A stretch of 64,000 nucleotides of DNA, from positions 1-64,000 of the IMG/VR virus record IMGVR_UViG_3300017973_000001; one strand, 5' to 3'. Source of the DNA: a virus. Shown piece by piece: positions 9,781 through 20,440 of this stretch (positions are counted from its first letter, which is position 1; every line of letters begins with the position of its first letter). Made by a program: the position numbers and the translations under genes. Under the pieces are notes generated by a model, which saw only the letters and a list, made by a program, of their open reading frames with translations, ran no database searches and was not told the DNA's origin.

Positions 9781-12700
9781 TTGCCTACATTAAATACAAC
9801 AAAGAAACTAAATGTAAAAGTTGTAGATGTTTCAGTGAGTAAACGTGGGTACAAAGTTAGCTATGTTATATCATCTGTTAATAATGTTAAATATAACGTA
9901 ACTTACGTACCATACTCACAATACACTAGTATTTTAATGCTTGACTTTATGCTAGGTAGAACAGAAAAGTCTAGTGAAATACAAGATTTATTAATTAGTT
10001 CAATTCGAAAAGACCTTGAAATGTATGAAGAAGAACTTCTGTTAATAAGCACACGTAATAAAGTACATGATAGTGAAATTGATGAAAATAAAAACATGGG
10101 GATTGTACCTAAACGAACTGGTGAATTAACTGAAGGTAGTATTAAGTCCAGTAAAGTATTTTCTCAAGGTACATTAGTCAATGAGAATATAAAAGCCTAT
10201 AGAGAATCTTCTCTAGGAGTAGTTGACGGAGAAAGTGAAGGAGCTCATAGGGTAGATACGGGTAAAGAACTTCAAGTAATCCGTAATGTGTCTCTTTCTA
10301 GAAATTTCGTAAAACAACTTGAGTCAGTTGATCCTAACCTTGTATTTTTCCGTGAAAATGAATCCGGGTTAGTTCTTGATTATAAAATGGGTGAAGGTGT
10401 TAGGAATAGCACTGGAAATCTAGTAGTAAGTAAGCAAGAAAAACAAGGGGTAAGACCTAACATATTTCAAGGTGTTTCAGAAAATCTATTCAGTAAAGCC
10501 TTAAGGGATTATATAAAACAAGGTGATGTAGGCCCACGTATTCTAGAATCAATAAGGGCTCAGCAAAAAGGAAAAGCCCATATATCTTCTAGTTTAGGTA
10601 ACTCTATCCGTGCTAATCGTAAAGGTTATATGAGTGTATTAACTGACTTTAGAAAGGCTTTTAGACCTTACGAACACTTAATGCATGTACTAAATCGTTT
10701 AGGTACCTCTACACGTTTGATGAATAAAGGGTTTGGTACAATATCTTACAACATGAGTGGGTTTCGTTCAGAGTCGAAAGGGAAAGCTTTTATAACTAAG
10801 GGTTCCTCAGCCGTTCGTAGTGAAAGTAAAAGTAAGATGTACTTATCCGATTATCTTACTAAGCAGTTTTGGGGAAAGATGAAAGCACGTCAATACCCTA
10901 CAGTCCTTCAGATGTTATTGGATGGGCGCAAAAACTATAATGGGAAATTCTATATAAGTAAGGTGTTAAATAGTATACGTAATGTAGATAAAGGTAAATT
11001 GGATTTAGCTTATGAATTAGGTAGTATTCGTAATATTGATAAAGGTAAATTGAATCTAGAATATGGCTACATTATGGACAGGCTTAATTTTAAAGGGTCT
11101 GTAAGCCTTAATGACATTATATCTGCTATCAATCTTAAATTCTATGTACGTAATGAGATCAGATACATGACTATTTATTACTCATTATTTACAAGTGATA
11201 GACTTAATGAAAAATCAGTACTGGTTCATGAAACACCTTCAACTGCTGAACGATTAGTACTTAAAAATATGTCCGTATTACAAGAAGAAGGTCAATTTAA
11301 ACGACATAGTGAAAGTCAGTTATACCTACCTGGTTATTTAGTGGAAGGTGAGAGAGAAAATTCACATGGGTTATACCTACCTAGCTATTTAGTAGGTGGT
11401 GAGAGAGAAAGTTCACATGGATTAGATATAGCTGAATTAAATCTTTTTGACCATTTAAAAATACCTAAGTATCTTGATGTTGTTCAAGAACTACAGTCCG
11501 AACGTGTGACCGAGACGGGTCTTTACATCCCTTATGAGTCTAAGTGGGGAGATAAACATTCAGTAAGAGATTTAATTGTCATTAATGATAAAACTGGTGA
11601 ACGTGCAAGTTCACTCACTAAAGAACTACTTATTGATTATATGGTAAGTGCAACCCGTAATAATAAACGTTTTAATATGGAACTTTTAACAGAATACCTC
11701 TTAGGTACATGGCACCGTAGTTATATGGATTTTACCCAACATGATGGTATGTTGATGGATGATAGTCTACTTGGGGATATGGTAAAAGATTTCTTTGAAA
11801 TTATAGATGTTTTAGAGGGAGCATACCGTTATCGTGATCTAGAAGGTTATCAATTAGAGGAACACATTGAAGGTATTAAATCACGTATCAGTTCAATGGT
11901 AGATAATGATTTTATCGTCTCTACAAAGGTTGACGAACGTGACGGTATTCTTTTATTCAATGAAGTTGAGGGAGTTAAAGAAAAAAGAAAAGCTATTAAA
12001 GTTGAAGAACAACCTCAAGCATACGAAGATTTAAGACCGGTAAATTTTGATGATATTGAGAATCCTTATGGATTTGTTGAATCAAAGCATGCAGTAGGCT
12101 CTCTTGAGGAAATATTGGGAAATAGAGCAAAAGCATATGGTGAAATTAATGACGCTAGAATGTCTTTAGGTGGACGTGATGATATTCACGGTAACATAAA
12201 CGATCCGGACGTTAAACTTGGTGGTCGGGACGATATTCACGGTATTGTGAATGAACCGGACGCTAAGCTTGGAGGTAGGGATGATATTCACGGTAATATA
12301 AATGACCCGGACGTTAAACTCGGTGGACGTGATGATATTCATGGACAAGTAAATGACCCTACTCCAATTATAGGTAACACCCCGGAAAGATATGGTGTGA
12401 CCATTAAAGATGAAGAAACAATTGGGGAATCAGTAAATAAAGATGGTTATATAGCTGAAGAAAATTTCCTGTTAAAGAGCAATAGTGAAAAAGTTACAGA
12501 TTTATTAACTGATTACTTATTTGCTACTGATGATGACCATAGAGCTACTGTTATTGATGAGTTACTTCCTTTCATTCGTGAGAAGTATTCAAACTTTTTA
12601 ATAGACGAATATATGGCACTTGCAGATAAAGGTAAGAACGAAGGGTTAGTTGTTCCGGAAAATATTACTGCTGAGCAATTTAAAAATGCACTCCTTGAGA

Positions 12701-13338
12701 CATTACCGGAGGCAGAAGATGATCTTGAAGCTCAAAGCTTTATGTATGATTATCAAAATGATTTATTAAACTATGGTATGGATATTGAGGATTGGGATGA
12801 CAATATTGGGTTCCATATTCCAAAAGGTTATGACCCTCATGATCCTTACAATGCGTACCATCCGTGGAATAATGATTATAATACTGCTGAACTAACTCAG
12901 TTATTTGATTGGATTGAATTTCGAGAAGGTAACTGGGACATAGATAGAGAAAAAGGCACTTTCGAATCGTTAGATGACGTTGAAGTTATAAATGGATTGT
13001 ATAAAAATTCTTTCGTGGCAGATGAGTACACATTCGAGTTTGATGTAAAAGTCCACGACTCTAATCTAGATCATGCAGTAGGTGTTACATTCAAATACGT
13101 AGATGAGGATAATTTTTATTATTTCCTTATGAGTGGGGGAGACCAGGATGGTTCCTTAAGAATGAATGATACTATGCAACTATTTAGAATGGTTGATGGA
13201 GTAGAGTATAGAATGAGTTCTCCTATGGCCCCTTTCAAATGGGAATTAGGTAATTGGTATACCCTAAGAGTAGAAGTACGTAATGCTCGTACTAAAGTTT
13301 GGGTTGATGGTCAATTACAATATGATTTTATAGATTAA
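9781..13338 (+). CDS. Large virion protein with 16-17-aa periodic repeats and C-terminal ConA/LamG-like beta-sandwich
   Basis: TTG start with RBS GGAGAGG; repeats visible; C-terminal YTFEFDV...GVTFKYVDEDNFY...WYTLRVEV...VWVDG. Confidence 0.65.
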   Translation: MPTLNTTKKLNVKVVDVSVSKRGYKVSYVISSVNNVKYNVTYVPYSQYTSILMLDFMLGRTEKSSEIQDLLISSIRKDLEMYEEELLLISTRNKVHDSEIDENKNMGIVPKRTGELTEGSIKSSKVFSQGTLVNENIKAYRESSLGVVDGESEGAHRVDTGKELQVIRNVSLSRNFVKQLESVDPNLVFFRENESGLVLDYKMGEGVRNSTGNLVVSKQEKQGVRPNIFQGVSENLFSKALRDYIKQGDVGPRILESIRAQQKGKAHISSSLGNSIRANRKGYMSVLTDFRKAFRPYEHLMHVLNRLGTSTRLMNKGFGTISYNMSGFRSESKGKAFITKGSSAVRSESKSKMYLSDYLTKQFWGKMKARQYPTVLQMLLDGRKNYNGKFYISKVLNSIRNVDKGKLDLAYELGSIRNIDKGKLNLEYGYIMDRLNFKGSVSLNDIISAINLKFYVRNEIRYMTIYYSLFTSDRLNEKSVLVHETPSTAERLVLKNMSVLQEEGQFKRHSESQLYLPGYLVEGERENSHGLYLPSYLVGGERESSHGLDIAELNLFDHLKIPKYLDVVQELQSERVTETGLYIPYESKWGDKHSVRDLIVINDKTGERASSLTKELLIDYMVSATRNNKRFNMELLTEYLLGTWHRSYMDFTQHDGMLMDDSLLGDMVKDFFEIIDVLEGAYRYRDLEGYQLEEHIEGIKSRISSMVDNDFIVSTKVDERDGILLFNEVEGVKEKRKAIKVEEQPQAYEDLRPVNFDDIENPYGFVESKHAVGSLEEILGNRAKAYGEINDARMSLGGRDDIHGNINDPDVKLGGRDDIHGIVNEPDAKLGGRDDIHGNINDPDVKLGGRDDIHGQVNDPTPIIGNTPERYGVTIKDEETIGESVNKDGYIAEENFLLKSNSEKVTDLLTDYLFATDDDHRATVIDELLPFIREKYSNFLIDEYMALADKGKNEGLVVPENITAEQFKNALLETLPEAEDDLEAQSFMYDYQNDLLNYGMDIEDWDDNIGFHIPKGYDPHDPYNAYHPWNNDYNTAELTQLFDWIEFREGNWDIDREKGTFESLDDVEVINGLYKNSFVADEYTFEFDVKVHDSNLDHAVGVTFKYVDEDNFYYFLMSGGDQDGSLRMNDTMQLFRMVDGVEYRMSSPMAPFKWELGNWYTLRVEVRNARTKVWVDGQLQYDFID
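11305..11425 (+). repeat. 51-bp in-frame tandem repeat (LYLPGYLVEGERENSHG / LYLPSYLVGGERESSHG)
   Basis: ttatacctacct...ggtgagagagaaa..tcacatgg repeated. Confidence 0.8.
12166..12360 (+). repeat. About 4 x 51-bp in-frame tandem repeat (LGGRDDIHGNINDPDVK)
   Basis: Protein repeat conserved while codons have diverged synonymously. Confidence 0.9.
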
Positions 13339-13367
13339 AGGCGACTAAATCAACATGGTCGCCTTTT
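13338..13367 (+). terminator. Terminator-like hairpin overlapping a phage promoter
   Basis: AAGGCGAC...GTCGCCTT-TT; near-identical stem at 25909-25932. Confidence 0.6.
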
Positions 13368-13395
13368 CGTATATGTAAGGGGAGGAGGTAGAGAA

Positions 13396-16300
13396 ATGGT
13401 TCATACTTATGGATTAGTTGTAAAAGGTCAGAGTAAAGCTCTATTCTCAAATGTTCGTTCTACAGAAGTGAGCATTGGTCACGAAGATTATCCTGGAAAC
13501 TATGGTTCAAAAAATGCACCTAGAGCAGACCGAAAAGACGGTCAAGACCCAATTTTAGGTGATGATGGTTATGGTAAGGTGGGGCGTTGGCAAGAAGTAA
13601 AAATATCAGCCCTTGAAAATATAGTAGAGCAGATCGTTGAGGAGTATTTAAGGGATAAAACCTGGTACGGTAAAGTACGTTGCCGTGAAGCTTTATGGAA
13701 TATGTATAGACGTATTCGTACTTATGTACTTAATCAGATTGAGCCTAACAACTCACAATATTCTAGGGTTCTTCAGCTAATGAGGGATTGTATTGAATGT
13801 ATATTAAGCCCTGTTCAAACTGAACAAGAGTTACTTTATAAAGCAGATTTTACGGACAGTGACTTAAGTAAATTTGATGTTAAAGGGTTTAAAGTAGATG
13901 TGAGTCCCGAAATGGGAAATATCTTACGTTCAACAGAACCAGGTATTAGTGAATTTAACGTTTCAGTGGATATTGCAAATGATGGGGAGCTCAACTTTAG
14001 ATATGGTGGCCAGTTCTTCTTAGATGACAAGCTTGAAGTATTTGTAAATAACACTCTTGTTTGGAAAGGGATCGTATCCACTAGATTAACTGAGGAGAAT
14101 CCTATAAGAATCTTATTAGACAAAGGTAAAAATAACATCAAGTTTAAATACACCAGTATGTCTAGAGCAGTTGAGAAAGAATGTTGGATTGATGATATTC
14201 AGATAAATAACTATAAGCCAATTACAACAAAGGAAGTACCTAGTTGCCCGGCTCCATATCAGTATAAATACTCTTATAGTTGGTTCAATCACTTTGACGG
14301 TAAAGATACTATTATTAAAGCATTTTCTTTAAGTTCTTTACCTAAATTGGAGACATTCCCTGGTCTATTTCGTTACGTGTCTAGTTCTGAAGATATTGAG
14401 TGGGAGCTAGTTCATAGTGTAAGTGATGATGAAAATAGTGGGGACGAAAACATATTAAAAATAGATTTAACTAAAATGCCCCTCAGTACTAGCTCCAAAA
14501 TTACTTATAATTGGCGTTACCGTAATCGAGGTAAAGTAAAGTTTAAATTCCTTGCTTCAGTTCAGAGAGGTGATGGTTTATTATTCTTCATCAACGGCAA
14601 GCAAGTAGGTGGAGAATATAGTAAATCTAACGATTGGAAGGAAGTTGAATTTAATTTACCACATAACGGTACTTATAAGTTCGATTTCATGGTGCGTAAC
14701 AAGAGTGGTATACGTTGGGGTAAAAATGCAGTTTATATAAAAGACTTAGAAAATATTGAAATTATAGGTGCATTTGATCCACCGGCTCCACTTGATTATG
14801 ACAAGCTAGGTAAGGAAGCATTTGCCGGTAAGAATGATTGGGTAACTATTAAACATGAAAGTGTAACTAAAGCGTTTAATTTCGGAAAAGTAGTTAAGAA
14901 TCCTCAAGTATTTGAAATGAATGATGTGACGCTTGAATGTGACGGTAAAATTAATTTCACATACAAAATGGGAGTAGCTGATGTACCTTCTAGCTTTAAT
15001 GAGTATTCTGATTTTTACGTGGAACAATTCGAAAAAGCTAGTGCATATGCTAAATCCCTTCATGATAGTACTGCTACTTCACATTTACCGTGGGGATTTA
15101 AGGATGATGTTTCAGATGTTGATGACTTTGGTAGGTATGCTGAAACAACATCTAATAACGAAATTACTTACGATATTACACAAGGTAGTGATACATTTTT
15201 ACGTATTTATGGTGCGATTAATATAGAATGTCCGGACGTTGTAATAGATCACTATAAAGAAGATAAACAAGATATAGGTGACTTATCATTCGCATTAAGT
15301 GGTCCGGTTTTATGGAACCAGGAATTAATTAACGGTAAATGGCATTTAAAATCTGAGAACTTTGTTCAAGGTGTTTCTACTGCTTCATTCGACATAAACA
15401 TGCAAGAAAAAGGATATTTTACATTCAATATAGCTAACACTGAATTTTATCCGAGTGAGTCATTTCAAATATTTGTAAATGGTAGGCAGAGGTACTTTTA
15501 TGATAAAAGTGGTGGGCCAGTTAATAACATTAAAATTACTCTTGCAAAAGGGGTTAACCGTATTGATTTTAAGGTCGTAGATACCTTAACTGAAACGAAT
15601 GAAACATTTATCCTCTCTAAAACATTTGACTATGACTACCACACAGATAAATTAGTCGTTCCGGATACTGTAAACTACACAAACAAGTTTAATAGTAGTG
15701 TGAGTGTGTACAGAGAATGGTACCCAACTGGTAAGGCACTTAGAACATTGGATGGTGGGAAGATTGTAAAGTACGGAATATGGTTAAATCCAGGAGCTAA
15801 ATTTGAATTAAATGAATTAGTTCGTGTAAGTCCTAAAATTCCTAAGTCACCAATAACAGGGTTAAAGTCACTTTTTGAGGAGGATTTTAGGGTTCCTGGT
15901 ATAACCCTACCTAATATTCACTGGGATCATAATTGGAGAAATATATGGATACAAGATGAGTTCCCGGAGATACCTGGCCATGACGGGGTACTGTTCGTTA
16001 GAAGTATAGATAACGTTGAGAATGTAGTTACCATTGATAACATTTACTTGAGCAAGCCTGGGTTTATAGAGTTTCAGTATGGTGGAATATTACGTCCAGG
16101 TGAATATGTTGATGTATTAGCTAACGGTGTAGCAATAGCGACTTTTACACCTAGTACTACACTAGATGGCCAATTTGTATATAGTTTCCCTTTACCTCAA
16201 GGTACTAGTGTTGTCCAGTTTGTGTACAAAGATAAGTATGGAGTAATTGCGCCAGTTGAGGGGGATTCTCAAGTTGGAGGGGATGACAACCCTGGTGACA

Positions 16301-18318
16301 CTTGTTATTACGGTGGTAATAATGAGTATACCGTTATAGGTAGTGGGAGTTGGTCAAAAGTAACGCCTCGTAATACTAAGTTAAGTGCGACTGAAGGAAA
16401 TACTGTTATTACAAGGACATTCAGCTTACCAAACTATGTAGGTGGTAGATATACTGAAAAGCTAAGTATTATAAATGGACATAAATGGATTCAACCTCCA
16501 CAACCACCGGATACAAAAACATTAGATGTGAAATTTGGGTATATATATCCGGACGTTACTTTCAACACTGGATGGAATATTTGGCACAGTAATAGTGGTT
16601 ATTTTGCTCAGCGTACATTAACTGGCCGTGGTCCACTTGATCCAACACCTATCGGAATAATCACTGATTTTACTGGGCGAATACCTAAAGGTGGAAAACT
16701 AAATATTAGTTTTGACTTCCTTACAAACTTAAAGGACCAATACCCAAGAGCTATGGTACAAGTACAATTAGTACGTTTCTTAGGGTGGGGGTCTCCTATA
16801 CCTGGTTATGATGGTTATGTTTATAAATCTCCTATTGTTGATTATTTTTGGCAAATACACGAAGAACGAAATAACATAGGTAAAACGTCGAAAGATATTT
16901 ATAACTTAGACTTTTCTTCATCTAAGCATTTTCAATTTCAACATATCGTACAAGATACTGGTAACTATGGTTTATTTTTCAATCTTTGGGACCTTAATTT
17001 AGATAATGATAAAGATAGTAAAGGAAATGATATTTACTATGCTTTTAAAAATGTTAAATTCACATGGGATAAAAATACTCCACTACCTCCAATTTCAAAA
17101 CCGGATAATACTGGTGTAAGAGTAGAGTTTATCGATTTAGCTACAAATCAGATTGTCAGTTCAAAAGTATATTATGCTGACGCTGATATTTCTTTCGTAA
17201 TGGAACCAGGTAAACAATATAAAGTTAAATACACGCTACTAAGAGATCAGCCGGACGGGAATTTCTCTCTTGATAATGGCTTATTCCAGGAACATTGGGA
17301 ATCATATTGCGTGGGTAAAAATGGATACTATAAAAATCCTAATCCACCACCCCCTAATATAAATGTCCCGAAAGATAAAAAAGCATATGTAGTTGTGGAC
17401 GCAATTAAAATTTTTGAGTCACCAAGTAAACCGTGTGATGGTTCTGAAGTGAAACTTTCAGTGTTCGAAGAAGGCACATTTATGTACAATAAAGATTTTT
17501 ATAATACGTACAATGAAAATGCTAATGTCGTTATTGAAAATAAAGGAGACCATAGAACATACAATGAAGTTGTTTTTGAATTTAAACCGGCATGTACTGG
17601 TGACAGTGGAATACTTTCCGGAGGTAACTTTAAATTAACTGAAGCTAAACCACCTAAGCACACATTTATTGACATAGCTGAGCTTGAATTTTTCACTCGA
17701 ATACCAATATATATGGGTGGTTGTTATGACTCAGATATGGTAATAACATTGGAAACTGATGATGGTCAACAGTTATTTGAAACCCCTATTTTTAAAGGTG
17801 GACTAGAGTCTTTTGAGTTTCCAATGATTAATTTTGAAAATACTGGAAGTAAGAAATTTAAAGTACGAATAAAACCAAATCAACAAGGTAAAGTCAGCAG
17901 TGTAACTGGGAAAAGTTATCTTACTAAATTCCAATTAAAAGAGTTTGTCATAACTGAAGAATATATACCAAAACCGGCTGAGTTCGATAGTGAACTAGAT
18001 TTCTACATTGATGGTGAGTTAGTCGATACTTTTAAAGAAAAAGGTGGATTTTTCAAAATTTCTCATTCAGTCCCTAAAGGTAAACACTCATTTTCATGGG
18101 TATTCAAGACGAACGCTAAAGGCTTTGTTTGGGATTATGCAAGTTTAGATTATGTTCAGATAACAAACTGGGTTTGTGACTCAATTAAGGTTGTACCTTA
18201 TTGTGAAAAAGGTGGGGGAGATAAGTGTATAGAGGCGCTTATTAGATGTTTACTAAAATATAAATCTCAACCTAATCCAGTCACTAGAATAGGTCAAAAA
18301 ATATGGTTATTTACATAA
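13396..18318 (+). CDS. Very large virion protein with multiple beta-sandwich (carbohydrate-binding-like) domains; putative adhesin
   Basis: Repeated F.vnG...G.n.i.F.y modules; many Cys; strong RBS. Confidence 0.6.
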   Translation: MVHTYGLVVKGQSKALFSNVRSTEVSIGHEDYPGNYGSKNAPRADRKDGQDPILGDDGYGKVGRWQEVKISALENIVEQIVEEYLRDKTWYGKVRCREALWNMYRRIRTYVLNQIEPNNSQYSRVLQLMRDCIECILSPVQTEQELLYKADFTDSDLSKFDVKGFKVDVSPEMGNILRSTEPGISEFNVSVDIANDGELNFRYGGQFFLDDKLEVFVNNTLVWKGIVSTRLTEENPIRILLDKGKNNIKFKYTSMSRAVEKECWIDDIQINNYKPITTKEVPSCPAPYQYKYSYSWFNHFDGKDTIIKAFSLSSLPKLETFPGLFRYVSSSEDIEWELVHSVSDDENSGDENILKIDLTKMPLSTSSKITYNWRYRNRGKVKFKFLASVQRGDGLLFFINGKQVGGEYSKSNDWKEVEFNLPHNGTYKFDFMVRNKSGIRWGKNAVYIKDLENIEIIGAFDPPAPLDYDKLGKEAFAGKNDWVTIKHESVTKAFNFGKVVKNPQVFEMNDVTLECDGKINFTYKMGVADVPSSFNEYSDFYVEQFEKASAYAKSLHDSTATSHLPWGFKDDVSDVDDFGRYAETTSNNEITYDITQGSDTFLRIYGAINIECPDVVIDHYKEDKQDIGDLSFALSGPVLWNQELINGKWHLKSENFVQGVSTASFDINMQEKGYFTFNIANTEFYPSESFQIFVNGRQRYFYDKSGGPVNNIKITLAKGVNRIDFKVVDTLTETNETFILSKTFDYDYHTDKLVVPDTVNYTNKFNSSVSVYREWYPTGKALRTLDGGKIVKYGIWLNPGAKFELNELVRVSPKIPKSPITGLKSLFEEDFRVPGITLPNIHWDHNWRNIWIQDEFPEIPGHDGVLFVRSIDNVENVVTIDNIYLSKPGFIEFQYGGILRPGEYVDVLANGVAIATFTPSTTLDGQFVYSFPLPQGTSVVQFVYKDKYGVIAPVEGDSQVGGDDNPGDTCYYGGNNEYTVIGSGSWSKVTPRNTKLSATEGNTVITRTFSLPNYVGGRYTEKLSIINGHKWIQPPQPPDTKTLDVKFGYIYPDVTFNTGWNIWHSNSGYFAQRTLTGRGPLDPTPIGIITDFTGRIPKGGKLNISFDFLTNLKDQYPRAMVQVQLVRFLGWGSPIPGYDGYVYKSPIVDYFWQIHEERNNIGKTSKDIYNLDFSSSKHFQFQHIVQDTGNYGLFFNLWDLNLDNDKDSKGNDIYYAFKNVKFTWDKNTPLPPISKPDNTGVRVEFIDLATNQIVSSKVYYADADISFVMEPGKQYKVKYTLLRDQPDGNFSLDNGLFQEHWESYCVGKNGYYKNPNPPPPNINVPKDKKAYVVVDAIKIFESPSKPCDGSEVKLSVFEEGTFMYNKDFYNTYNENANVVIENKGDHRTYNEVVFEFKPACTGDSGILSGGNFKLTEAKPPKHTFIDIAELEFFTRIPIYMGGCYDSDMVITLETDDGQQLFETPIFKGGLESFEFPMINFENTGSKKFKVRIKPNQQGKVSSVTGKSYLTKFQLKEFVITEEYIPKPAEFDSELDFYIDGELVDTFKEKGGFFKISHSVPKGKHSFSWVFKTNAKGFVWDYASLDYVQITNWVCDSIKVVPYCEKGGGDKCIEALIRCLLKYKSQPNPVTRIGQKIWLFT

Positions 18319-18331
18319 CGGGGGTGAAAGT

Positions 18332-19456
18332 ATGTCTGTAACAAGCATGCGAGATAATGGCTATATATATCAAGAAACTTACTTCAACGGTATTGATGGT
18401 ACGTGGGAGCTATCTCCTAACACACCAACTAGAGTTAACTTCTCTTTAGGGCAGATGACATTAAAACATGGAACAACACCATTAAGATTATTTTTTTCAT
18501 ACCTTACAAATACTCAGCAATTTGTACTAGATGTAAAAAACGTTTATAACCCTAAGATCGTGGGGGATGAAGGTGGAATTATCGTGTATAAATCTGACAC
18601 TGATTATTTCACAATAACGGAATACTTTAATTCTGCTGAAGGTACTACACAAAGTTATCCGTGGATACGCCTAATTAGGGATTACAACAACTATTATGCT
18701 TACTGGTCAGATGATGGTGTTGTATGGAACTCATTGGGTGTGATGTTATTTGACCAAGCACCAAAAATCGGACTATATGTAGACGGAACAACTGGGGACG
18801 ATTTAGTAATAGAGCAAATAAGAATCTATAAGTCTACTAAATTAGTCATAGATAATCTAGGGCCAGGTTATGTAGCTCAATTACTAGACACTTCCGGAAA
18901 CATAGTCAATTCACAAACATGCAGATATGGAGATAGTTCAGTAAGCTTTGATATGTCCGGAATTGATTTACCGTTAAATGGGAAGATCGCAATAGTAAAC
19001 GGGACTACTACATTTTCTCAAGGAAGTAACTACCCTATGTGGGGTGGGGATAGAAGAAGTTTTGAGGTCTCAACAGATTTAGAATATAAAGATGAAAAAG
19101 GTAATTTTATTAACTTTGATGGTAATATAGAAAACTTTCTAGGCTACTTGAATAGTGGAAGTAATGATTTTAGAGAAATTGAATTGAGAGTTTCAAATAC
19201 TCATACTGGTTCATTCAGTAATATCACAGTTGGATTAACTGATTACAAGGGGACTAGTCAATATCAAACACTAGTAAAATTAGCTTCAGATAATAATGGT
19301 ACCCCTGGTGTTTACGGGAGCTCAATAACAATACCTACTCTTGCACCAGGTCAAACAAAAACAGTTTGGCTGAAGTGTAATCGTGAGACCAATCCGGCTT
19401 TAATTACATCACAGATTTATTTCGCATTTAACATAACTTCAACATATAGTTACTAG
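18332..19456 (+). CDS. Virion protein with ConA-like (DUF1349-type) and Ig-like domains
   Basis: WIRLIRDYNNYYAYWSDDGVVW...KIGLY motif; C-terminal TLAPGQTKTVW. Confidence 0.55.
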   Translation: MSVTSMRDNGYIYQETYFNGIDGTWELSPNTPTRVNFSLGQMTLKHGTTPLRLFFSYLTNTQQFVLDVKNVYNPKIVGDEGGIIVYKSDTDYFTITEYFNSAEGTTQSYPWIRLIRDYNNYYAYWSDDGVVWNSLGVMLFDQAPKIGLYVDGTTGDDLVIEQIRIYKSTKLVIDNLGPGYVAQLLDTSGNIVNSQTCRYGDSSVSFDMSGIDLPLNGKIAIVNGTTTFSQGSNYPMWGGDRRSFEVSTDLEYKDEKGNFINFDGNIENFLGYLNSGSNDFREIELRVSNTHTGSFSNITVGLTDYKGTSQYQTLVKLASDNNGTPGVYGSSITIPTLAPGQTKTVWLKCNRETNPALITSQIYFAFNITSTYSY

Positions 19457-19528
19457 TCTATACTAAATTGGGAAAAGGGTAGTTAAACTACTCTTTTCTA
19501 CTTGTTAAGGCATGGGGGTGAAGAACAA

Positions 19529-20431
19529 ATGAGTATAAAGTTTAAGAGAGTTGGTACTACAACAATAAGTAACGATCATAATTTTCTCTTGAACAAAGGT
19601 GTTCGTACCCACGCAGAGATTGATACTTACTTAGCTGAGATCGATAGGGCTAGGGGTGGTAAATCAGAATTAAAGTTACGTCTTGACGCTATTGAAACTA
19701 AAAATACTGACCAAGATACTAGACTAACAAACGTAGAAACTAAGAATACAACTCAAGATACAAGGCTAACTGCCATTGAAAAGGTAAATACTGACCAGGA
19801 TACTAGGTTAACTACCAATGAAAATAATATAAATAACGTTTATTTCCGTGTAGGGGCCGTTGAAACTAAGAATACTGCTCAAGATACGAAACTAGCAGAT
19901 CATGATGATAAATTCACTGCAAATGATAAACGTTTTACCACAATAGAAACCAATGCAACGACTCTTAAGGGTAGGGTTGATGGTCATGATAACCAATTTA
20001 ACTCACTCAATAAAAGTATCGGTGCTTTAAGTGATAGAGTAACTAGCCTTGAAAATGTCAGTGCTTCGGGTGAAATTCAAAGTGCTCATACGGATAAAGA
20101 TGGTTATGTGTTTGCTACTTTAAAAGACCGATTAGATGATATGCAGACTAAAATCGGAACCGGTGGTGGGGGTGGTACATCATATGATCCGGACGCAGTT
20201 CGATTATTAGATATTGACTACAAGTATGATGACACTGGTGTATTAATAACTGAAACGTACACTGATATGTCTGTTCCTACAAACCCTAAAGTAGTTAAGC
20301 AAATTACGTACACTTATAGTAAAGACGGTGAAGTTCAGAAGGAAACTATTGTAGTTTCAAGTGGGACGTATGAACGTACATATACAATGACAAACGGACT
20401 AGTTTCAAAAGAAAGTATTCGTAAAATATAA
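19529..20431 (+). CDS. Coiled-coil tail fibre/whisker protein
   Basis: Likely start ATG 19529 after GGGGGTG; 14-aa repeats ETKNTDQDTRLTNV; TLKDRLD motif. Confidence 0.65.
   Translation: MSIKFKRVGTTTISNDHNFLLNKGVRTHAEIDTYLAEIDRARGGKSELKLRLDAIETKNTDQDTRLTNVETKNTTQDTRLTAIEKVNTDQDTRLTTNENNINNVYFRVGAVETKNTAQDTKLADHDDKFTANDKRFTTIETNATTLKGRVDGHDNQFNSLNKSIGALSDRVTSLENVSASGEIQSAHTDKDGYVFATLKDRLDDMQTKIGTGGGGGTSYDPDAVRLLDIDYKYDDTGVLITETYTDMSVPTNPKVVKQITYTYSKDGEVQKETIVVSSGTYERTYTMTNGLVSKESIRKI
19690..19900 (+). repeat. 42-bp in-frame repeats encoding double heptads
   Basis: gaaactaa.aatac...caagatac repeated about 4 times. Confidence 0.75.
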
Positions 20432-20440
20432 GGAGGTGTA

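Noticed and set aside
1422-17696. Short antisense or alternate-frame ORFs inside structural genes (also 29455, 34752, 46337, 54807, 58095 and similar)
   Set aside because: Shadow ORFs without RBS or motifs, overlapping well-supported genes
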